A stretch of 39,277 nucleotides of DNA, taken from the NCBI RefSeq assembly GCF_004010195.1, contig NC_057758.1, positions 8,168,748 to 8,208,024 of the forward strand, written 5' to 3'. Under the pieces are notes generated by a model, which saw only the letters and a program-made list of their open reading frames with translations, was not told the DNA's origin and did no database searches. Every line of letters begins with the position of its first letter. Within the stretch, counting starts at the first letter, position 1. Of this stretch, positions 25,470-34,003 are shown piece after piece. The stretch is from Chiloscyllium plagiosum (taxonomy: Eukaryota). The translations under genes were made by a program, and so were the position numbers.

Positions 25470-25910
25470 CATAATGAGAGAGATGAGTGGTCTACCTTAT
25501 GAAGAGAGATTAACCAGCTTTGGACTGGTGTCTTGGGGTGTCAGAAGTATGAGAGAAGACCTAATCGAGGGGTATGACAAATACGGGAGAGACAGGAAGT
25601 TTCGTCAAGTGGAGGCTCTCCAAATAATTTTATCGCAATATGTCGCAGTTTTAACACAAAAAGTGAGGAGGAATTATATTAGTCACAGAAGCAAAACTCT
25701 CTGGAATTCACTTCTCCAAATTACAGTTGATGTCATGGCAATGAATACATTTTAGGAGCAAAGAGACAGATTTCTAATTTGAAATAGATTGCAGGGTCAT
25801 GGACATGCAGGGTCGAGCAGCAAATTGGACTTGGCGCCAAGATGAGATCAGCCAAGATCGTAACAAATGGTGACGCAGACTCAAGAAACTGAATGTTCTC
25901 TATGTTTCCC
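25470..25910 (+). mobile_element. Old CR1 3' fragment
   Basis: MSGLPYEERLTSFGLVSWGVRSMREDLIE...VRRNYISHRSKTLWNSL. Confidence 0.8.
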
Positions 25911-26590
25911 TGACTTATATATTCTTGAACATCCCTATTGGCATTAGAGTACCTTTATATTGCCACCTCGGCCCAGAGCATTCCAGAGAATGTAACAGGG
26001 ATGAGTGGCAATAAGTGGGAGTAATATCAATTAGTAATTTTATTGATAACGTTGAGAACAGAACAATTTTGTACACTCTGCTCAATAGGCGAGCAACCCC
26101 GTTCCAATAATACCCCAATCCACCCCCCCCCCCCCGCTCCTACATCTCTGCTCTGTTGTGTAAACAAGTAATGCATTTTGTGAGGTGCGGATCTTCAGTA
26201 CTACACCTTGACTGGAAATAATTGATCGATTTTGACAGGGCCAACCTTGACACAGGAAAACCTGTGCCTCTCGTTCACATTGATGAACGTTCAAACCTAT
26301 TATCGTGCAAAAGTGATGCGTTGTAAGTGATTCAATTCCTCTTCTTGACTGTCACAAATGGCCCTCACCTCATATTAATTAGTGTGTTTGTCTGCTCCTC
26401 ATGCCATTGTCCGTGGCGTCTAATGGCGTCCCTGTAGATTTACCTCCCTCTTTTAAAATTGTCATCCTGTTGATACGTTTCCAGAGAGTGAACCACCACT
26501 GACACAGAAATGAATTATCAGCTGCAGTGAGAACTGATACTTGAGATAATCAGTCCGAATTTGAAAAGTTGGCATTGGAAGGCAACAACA

Positions 26591-26717
26591 ATGGGGAAAG
26601 GCCTTTCTTCGGAGTACAACTATCATGACAGAATACCATTACCATCTCGGATAAATTTGTCTCTTCAGATATTCCAACATATTTTCTATCCCGTTCTCGC
26701 GATCGTAGGCATGCCTG
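26591..26717 (+). CDS. Candidate first coding exon of a GPR139/GPR142-like class A GPCR (possibly a pseudogene)
   Basis: Good Kozak context (ACAATGG). Encodes MGKGLSSEYNYHDRIPLPSRINLSLQIFQHIFYPVLAIVGMP plus 1 nt; N-glycosylation sequon NLS; (Y/F)YP.LA.VG.P is the TM1 start I recognise from GPR139-like receptors; ends phase 1 at G|GCAAGT. Lies in non-repetitive sequence. Confidence 0.6.
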
Positions 26718-26811
26718 GCAAGTCTCTCTGTCCAATTATTTATTCTTTATTTCTAATTAGGGGGCATCAGGAGTCAAGCATTGTACGTTCCTCCCCCACC
26801 CCTTCAGGCAC

Positions 26812-27620
26812 TTCGGAACATCGGAACAGCAACAGGCCATTCAGTTTAACGATTTTTTCTCCACCATTCAATCAAATTGCGAATGGCCTGTGGCTTAACT
26901 CTATCTATCTGTATTTAGCCTATATCTTTTAAATAAAAGGGCTATCTATCTCATTTTAAATATTAACATCTGATCCAGCGTCCACTGCCGTTAGTGGAAG
27001 ATAATTCTGCATCCCAACAACCTGCTTCCGATCTTGAACGGTCTGGTCCTAATTCTCAGACCGTGGCGCGATTTCCAGAATGCCAAACCAGTTGAATTTG
27101 TTTATTTTTCTCTATCTTGTCGATTCCTGTTAATATATGGATGGCTTCCACCAGATGATCACAGAACCAGACTTCTCGATGAAACCAGCCAGATGTGTTA
27201 AACTTCTCCTAACTTAACCCCTGAAGTCCAGGTACCATTCCGATAAACCTACTTTTGCCTCCCACCCAAACCCAGTCAGCCACGCAACGCCCAATATATA
27301 CTTGTTAAGGTGAGGTGAATAGATCTACTCACGTTACCTGAAGTGGAATCTATCCAGGGTTTTATATGTCTGTAGCATCACAGTGGCGTATTTGTATTAT
27401 TCTCGTCAAAATATGAATTTCAGCAGTTTATTAGCTCTTCTGATTGTTTCCTGCATCTGTTCCTGTCGTTGTAAAGGTCTATACAAGTAAACACCGAAGT
27501 TTCCTTGTTAATTCACTGCATTTAAATTCACAGCACATTTAAGAAAACACACGCTTGCCCTTTATCCATCGAAAGTGGGTAACCTCATATTTGCTTATTT
27601 TCAAATTCTTTTCTCGCAGT
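26812..27620 (-). mobile_element. Old CR1 3' fragment
   Basis: Tail CGGAACATCGGAACAGCAACAGGCCATTCAG; minus strand GLQGLS*EKF and FHFR*RE*IYSPHLNKYI.AL-type decayed motifs. Confidence 0.7.
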
Positions 27621-28367
27621 GCTGTCCATTCACGTTATCTCTATATATCTCCATGGAATCCTCCGCAATCATCAACTAAAACTACAATGCCACATGATAT
27701 ATTAAGCTGGTCAATTTCTCACTGGCAAATCCTGTCTCAGTGTACTGTGTTACCTTTGGGCACTGACTGTTTGGAAGAAGGACACTGCTGGATGTGTTTA
27801 CTTCGCCAATTGCTGCCAAGATTAAACAATTCCCACAATCACTGCTATTGTCTCGCCACATCCATTAGCTCTGCCTTTCGTCTCTTCAGATATTGCCAGA
27901 CATGCTGAGTTTCTTCAGCGATTTTTTGTGTGTTTTGCAAGAACTTTGTTTTGGTTTGAAAATGAAAAACAAGTTCGCATTCCGTACGCTTTCAATCGCC
28001 AATGTTGCTGATGAATACATTGTGATATATCTCGCCACCAAAGCCACAAAGCATTCCCTGCGTAATGCTTTACTAGTGAGTGGTGTCAATGCACATCACA
28101 CATTTCCCAACGCATTGATGGAAACCATGTAGTTAGAAAGTGCAGAAAGTGCTGCTCTTTGGCAGCAGTGCTACGCCGTCTTAATGTGCGTGAATTTTTC
28201 AGATCGCCTTCTATGCTACATTCTCTGAACTGCATTGGTTCTTGATCTAGCTTTCCGGAAATGTGGGCACTTCTCAAGTGATTGTCTGAACTTTTGGGTG
28301 CACGTGAATATGTTATAACAGTGCATTCCTTGCCTCGATCTCTGCCGCAGCGAAAAGTTGAAGTGCT

Positions 28368-28692
28368 GGGTGGCATGCTCGCTTGTTGGTTCTTACTGCT
28401 GTCTCAAAACGCGAGGGACCCACGTTCCATTCCACTCTTGCGTGACTGTCTGAGTCGATTTTGCACATGTTCCACATTTCCTCCTATAGTCCACAGATCT
28501 GCAGGTCACATGGATTGTCATTCTAACTTGCTAGTAGCGTCCAGAGAACTGCAGTCCAGATGAATTATCCACGCGAAAAGCAAAGTTACAAGGGTAGGGA
28601 AAGTGGGGTGTGTCTGGTAGGGATGCTATTGGAGGGGTCTGAGTGGATTCAATGGGCTGATTGTCATTTTTCACGCTGTAGGGATTCTATGC
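28368..28692 (+). mobile_element. HE1-type SINE, strongly diverged
   Basis: Head GGTGGCATGCTCGCTTGTTGGTTCTTACTGCTGTCTCAAAACGCGAGGGACCC, core GTGACTGTCTGAGTCGATTTTGCACAT, tail CACGCTGTAGGGATTCTATG. Confidence 0.75.
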
Positions 28693-28819
28693 TCTCAGGG
28701 CATCTGAGCTCCGCACCTCGCAAATAATATTTTAGCTTTGTAACAGAATGCAATTAATGTTACAAGAATGAGATCTGTGTATCGTGGTGCAGAAATGAGG
28801 GGAAAGTATGCAAATATAG

Positions 28820-29185
28820 CATGTTTTCTCGAGAATTTAGGGAGGATCGCATGGAAGTCTTCAAGCTATTAAGACAAAAAGACGTTTTGGAGATATTAGA
28901 ACTCGGGAGCAAAGTTTGAGATTTCGGGCCAGACCTTTCATGAGAGATATTAAGAAGCAGTTCCACACATAAAGGCTGGTGAAAAAGAGATGGAACTCTC
29001 TGCCACAAACCTCAGTCAAGGCTTGATCAGATGTTAATTTTATCTATGATATTTCATTTAAACAAAGGTATTACATGATGCAGATGAAAAGCAAGTTGCA
29101 ATTTAGCCACAGATCATCCATAGCATTATTGAACGGTGAATCATTCTTGAGAGCTGAATGTCATACTCCTATTGCTATATTCCTG
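28820..29185 (+). mobile_element. Old CR1 3' fragment
   Basis: TTTAGGGAGGATCGCATGGAAGTCTTCAAG...AAGAAGCAGTTCCACACATAAAGG...TGGAACTCTCTGCCACAAA. Confidence 0.7.
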
Positions 29186-29210
29186 ATAACCTTATTTTAT
29201 TCCATGATAA

Positions 29211-29814
29211 AGTTATAGATCAGCCTCGAAACCTCAAAATATTTCAAGACAGTGGCATGGACTCTAACATTGCGACTTGTGTTAATCAGGTGTAACAGAG
29301 ATATTCCAGAAGTGAATCTAATGGTCAACCCATTTACTTGTAAATAAAACAGAATTTATTTTCAAATAGATGAGAACAGAATACAAAATAACTTGACCTA
29401 TCCCAACATCAATCAGATCATCCCAAGTTAATGATGCTGTTCCAAATATACCTCGGCACCAAAGATAAAATCAAACATGGGGTCTTGCAGATGACAAGAC
29501 AGACACAGAGTACGAGCATGGACTTGCTTCTTCGTGTCCAACAGCTTCAAAACTGCCGGATTGCTTTCCGTGAATAGCCAGACAAGAAAGAAAAACAGAG
29601 CTGACAGAAATTGACACCCCTCTTTTATTGTGCAGATATGTTCTTAAAAAATATTTTAAAAGCCTTTTACCTGCGGCAGCATATGTTGGCTGCACTCAAA
29701 CGGGCTCAAAAAACCCTTCAACTTTGACTTTTCGTAGTCTGTTTCTTTTACGACTACTCTGGAGAAAATAACCCAAGGTCAACATAAATTTGTTTCATGA
29801 GCAACATCGTCGCA
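29211..29814 (-). mobile_element. 3' LTR of a Gmr1-like Gypsy relic
   Basis: Alignable to 34007-34642 (TAATCAGG, CAGAATTTATTT, TTAATGATGCTGTT); begins TGCGAC on the minus strand immediately after a polypurine tract. Confidence 0.75.
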
Positions 29815-29822
29815 CCTCCCCC
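29815..29822 (-). promoter_or_regulatory. Polypurine tract (plus-strand primer site)
   Basis: Minus strand TTTTTTTC-GGGGGAGG directly abutting the LTR start TG. Confidence 0.7.
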
Positions 29823-29989
29823 GAAAAAAAGCCATTAATATCTAAAAATACGTTCATTTCAAAACTCCTTAATCTTAAACCGTTATTACTCACGACAGAT
29901 ACATGACATAGACGGTAAACATGAAAGCATGCACGACTAAATGCTGTTTTAATCTGTTTCTCATTCAAGCCTCGAAAATGTGTTGGCAT

Positions 29990-30855
29990 TTGTGTTTTGT
30001 CGTTGTACCATCAACACAATTTTCAAATGGAATGGCTGTAACAACAAACTCCATCTAAACTTTCTGGCACTTTTGGTTTGACGTTTCTCCACAAAATTCA
30101 ATGGTTATAATCAGTGTTTATGATTGTATCTGATACATTACTAGTAACATTAACATTGAAATGTTGTAACGCCAACACCAAGCGTGAAGTCTTCTTCTCA
30201 ACTGTCAAATATTTGGACTGATGCATGTGCAGTTTCCTGGAGAAATGTCCAATAGGTCCTTCTTTCTTCTCGTCGTCTTCCTGCAAGACCACAGCACTGA
30301 CACCGATATCACTTGTGTCGATTGTCACCTTGAATGTCTTTGCGTAATTATGTGAGGCTAATATTGGGGCAGTGGCTAAAACAGCGTCCAGGCTGTCAAA
30401 TGTCTTTCGACAATTTGCTGTCCAGAGAGACTACTTGCCTTCCTTCAGCAATTCATTGAGAAGTGCAGCCACACTGCTTAATTTTGCTCCTGTTTTGGGA
30501 TAAAAACCAATCGATCCCAGGAAACACATTAATGCTCCTTTTGTTGATAACACGAGAAACACTCCAATTACCTTTGGTTTTTCATCGCATCGAACCCTTT
30601 GTCCATGACCAATAACGTGACTCCAGAAGGTGACTTGGGCTTTGGCAAATTCACTTTTAGCCAATTTTGTTACCAAGTTTGCCTCCAGACGTCGAGTGAA
30701 CAATTCTGATAAATGTTGCAAATGTTCCAACCATGTCTTATAAAAAAAATCAATATATATGACACAGTTGAGTAATCTGGCAGTGATCTTATTGATGAAT
30801 CTCTGAAATATGGCTAGCGCATGGTTTCATCCCAAATAGCATGAACCTGAACTGA
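29990..30855 (-). mobile_element. Gypsy RT and RNase H relic
   Basis: EHLQHLSELFTRRLEANLVTKLAKSEFAKAQVTF.SHVIG; IDTSDIGVSAVVLQED...PIGHFSRKL..HQSKYLTVEK...TDYNH. Confidence 0.9.
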
Positions 30856-30942
30856 TACCAAGGTTCCTCAACCGGGACTTGGGTTCATGTCACATTACAG
30901 GTGATCACCATTGCACTACACAGACACACACACAGATATTCC

Positions 30943-31106
30943 NNNNNNNNNNNNNNNNNNNNNNNNNNNNNNNNNNNNNNNNNNNNNNNNNNNNNNNNNN
31001 NNNNNNNNNNNNNNNNNNNNNNNNNNNNNNNNNNNNNNNNNNNNNNNNNNNNNNNNNNNNNNNNNNNNNNNNNNNNNNNNNNNNNNNNNNNNNNNNNNNN
31101 NNNNNN
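30943..31106. other. Assembly gap (N run)
   Basis: 164 N bases. Confidence 1.
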
Positions 31107-31290
31107 TGGAAAAGCGCAGCAGGTCAGGCAGCATCCAAGGAAGAGGAGAATCGACGTTTCAGGCATAAGCCCTTCTTCAGGAGGGCTTATACCCGAAACG
31201 TCGGTTCTCCTCTTCCTTGGATGCTGCCTGACCTGCTGCGCTTTTCCAGCAACACATGTTCAGCTCTGATCTCCAGCATCCGCAGTCCTC
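31107..31290. mobile_element. Young palindromic element made of inverted Penelope termini
   Basis: Arms 31107-31173 and 31182-31248 are reverse complements at 64 of 67 positions by eye, with an 8-nt spacer; the left end is lost in the gap. Confidence 0.85.
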
Positions 31291-31543
31291 ACTTTCTCCC
31301 CAGAGAACACAGGGGGCCAACACCTTCAACATATTGTCCAGCTATCACCATTTTTAACAGCTAACCCGATAATGCAACATTAAAAAAAGTTTTGTGATTT
31401 ACACATGAAAGAAATGAAACTCTCACTGTATTCTAACAGATGAAAGGCTTAACAGACAATCAATTCTTCAATGTATAATTTCAGTTACATCACACTGTAA
31501 ATTTTTGCTATAAATTCTGCGTTACGATCGAGCCCTCCACTAT

Positions 31544-31578
31544 CACCTGATGAAGGAGCGTCGCTCCGAAAGCTAGTG
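31544..31578 (+). ncRNA. Minimal type I hammerhead ribozyme motif, intact core
   Basis: CAC-CTGATGA-A-GGAGC(GTC)GCTCC-GAAA-GC-TA-GTG: stem I CAC/GTG, 5-bp stem II, palindromic AGCT stem III, CUA cleavage triplet. Confidence 0.75.
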
Positions 31579-32272
31579 CTTCCAATGAAACCTGTTGGAC
31601 TATAACCTGATGTTGTGTGATTTTTAACTTTGTACTTCAGAACAGACTGCTACCTGACACTGAGCAGGGGGTGGGGCAGTTCATAAACGCAGTGTCCAAA
31701 ATACTTGTAATGTTTCAGTAGACTACAGGGACTGAGAGCATGGGTGAAAAAGGTAGTAATGTATGGCAGCTGTCTCAAGTGGAACTAGCAATGGCTCAAC
31801 TGAGCCAAATGGACTGATGGCGTGCGCTGTCGAGGTCTGAGGAGTAAAATCAGAGACACTTATCTTTGACTTCTGTTCTACGGTCGGGAACGTGAAAACT
31901 CAGCACTGTAAACTCCCTCGATTTCTCTACGTCAAACTGAACCGCAGCTACCTCAGCGAGGCTGATGAGAGAAGGCGAGACGGGGGAGAGGGAGAGAGAG
32001 GATGACGGTTGGAAGCAGAGAGAGAGGGAGCAACGTTTTTAAAATTATAACATTCAGGATTCATTCGGATACTTTTTCTGTGCATGGCTTTTTAGACAAG
32101 CGATTTAAATTGTCATGTTTCTGCTATAACTCAGTCAGTTTATATGAGCTAATGATGTCTGCTGTGTCATTTATCTGCTCTTGGATTGTGCCAATCACTT
32201 GAGCAAACAGGGCTTCTTCTCATTCCACTTAAACTTTCTTTCTGTACTCTTTGATCTCTTCTGTTTCAACAG

Positions 32273-32358
32273 GTGACGTTTTGACCTTGTTACCACAGAG
32301 TCAGGAAAATCCCAGGTTACGTGGACTGCACGAGTTCCCTTGCATGAGTTACCAATGA
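32273..32358 (+). pseudogene. Possible decayed start of GPCR exon 2
   Basis: Strong polypyrimidine tract and CAG acceptor ending at 32272. The only open frame is phase 1 (matching the 26717 donor) and reads (G)DVLTLLPQSQENPRL..., in register with xNxLTxxILS(R/Q); stop at 32356-32358. Confidence 0.3.
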
Positions 32359-32374
32359 CTTTTCAATAACAGAC

Positions 32375-32645
32375 TTTCCTTCCCACCTATCGGTCTACCC
32401 ACCACTCTGGCCTATCAACATCACCACACACTGACATCGACAGATCGATTTCCCAGCTGCCTTCCATCTAGTCCCACTTCCACCATCCTACTTATCCCTC
32501 AGTCCAACATTCTCCCCCAACATTTCTGATGAAAGGCTTTTGTCTGAAACGTTGATTCTCGCGATCCACGGGTGCTGCCTGGTGTGCTGTACTTTCACAC
32601 TTTTCTACTGTGAGCGCCAGCATCTGTGGTATTCACTATGTCCTT
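32375..32645 (+). mobile_element. Penelope terminal-repeat fragment with a hammerhead motif at 32523-32556
   Basis: Similar to 14370-14620; CTGATGA-A-AGGC(TTTT)GTCT-GAAA-CG-TT. Confidence 0.75.
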
Positions 32646-32659
32646 TTTAACCACAGTAG

Positions 32660-34003
32660 GCAGCTCTACTACCTGTGACCCAGCTACATTATTAACAAAA
32701 ACAAATTAAACTCCCGGGGTTGAGAGTTTACGCAGTACAACCACGATTTCTCCAAACTTGACGAAACACTTTAACCACATTCTACATAATTGAGAACTTC
32801 ACGTCTTAGCCTGAATACTCCTTCCACTCACCTTTTCTGGAGACAGACCTTCCGAGGTGCGCATCTCCTCATATTTCAACACAACAGGTTGAGAGGAACC
32901 TTTATCTTTTAATATTTTAACCGCTTTACCTGCTGTTACTGGCCTATGTGAGTAAAGTTTACCTTCGCTGCTTTTTAGTTGAGAAGATCTGGCACTTGCT
33001 CCTTAACCAACCTCCGGTCAGCTTGTCCATTTTTTTGTGCAGCTTTCCTGTCTCCATTTTGGTTTCGGTTAGCATTTCCATAGACCACACCAGCTTATAC
33101 TTTTTTTTTCCTACATCTGACTTATCACTGCTGTTCCTAATCAGTAAACATTATCATTCTATTCAGCCTGCTTTATTGCCGTCACAACACTGGAGTGGTC
33201 AACTTCACTTTTTTCCTTCAAAGGTTTCCTTATTACCCGGTGGTAAGTTATTCTTATGACCTTCACCAAGATATGCCTTGCCCTTTTCACTTGAGGATTT
33301 CTCGTTTCCCCAGTTTCTAACTCTCATGGATTAAAATTAATTTTGGAAGCCAAACTTTGATTTATGAACCAACCAATAATCACCAGCCATTTCAGCTGCT
33401 TGGCGTTTTACCTCTCTGCTCTGCTACAGGAAGTCTCCCTACATAAGAAAGTTAATTTTTGAACTTCTGTCCTAGTGCCAATTTCCGAAGTTCAAATTTC
33501 TCTTTATTCCTTTTCTCTGCTGACGCTCTGTTTTTCTCTCTTCTTTCTCTCTCTTTCTCTTCTTTGTGGTCTGAAAAAGCATTTATTTTCTCTTTCCTCT
33601 GCTTTTCATCATAATTTCTTGTCATTCTGCCTCGAACTCAAACTGCTGCATTTTTCATTGAAATTCCGGCCATCTCTAAAGATTCTGATGGCATTTCCAG
33701 CAAATGTAATAACTGAACTATTGCTGTAATTATGTCTCCTTTCCTCACTGAAGGAGGCACCTCCAACTCCAACTTGTCGGGTAATTCCAGCAGCCTTCTT
33801 CTAAACCAACCAAGGTTACTTTTTCCATCCTCAGAAAAAACGTCCATCCCCAGAAAGAGTATTTACTACCCCAAGCACTGTTTCAACCAACCGAATTCAA
33901 CACCCAGTACATTAAACGTTAACAATTACCACTCACTGCTTTCGAGTCCAATAATCCTGATCCCAAATCGGAACTAGAAACCAAATGCTTTTAACAGCCC
34001 CCA
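32660..34003 (-). mobile_element. Gypsy (Gmr1-like) leader, gag and start of pol, decayed, with partial tRNA-Pro-like PBS
   Basis: LLELPDKLELEVPPSVRKGDIITAIV gag start, then E/K/R-rich coil; TGGGGGCT on the minus strand (33996-34003) just inside the LTR matches the first 8 nt of a tRNA-Pro PBS. Confidence 0.7.

Larger units (their letters stand above)
30858..31635 (+). mobile_element. Penelope-like 3' terminal region (same family as 23545-24640), with a nested palindromic element and a gap
   Basis: 30858-30940 matches the reverse complement of 24340-24420, and 31295-31630 matches the reverse complement of 23545-23890. Confidence 0.8.

Noticed and set aside
5828..27410. Several CACAGTG heptamers as possible V(D)J recombination signals
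   Set aside because: None I checked has an ACAAAAACC-like nonamer at 12 or 23 nt spacing, and several lie within repeats.
27893..28132. 79-aa ORF as a possible GPCR exon 2
   Set aside because: No convincing acceptor or TM motifs, and its start overlaps a short repeat fragment.
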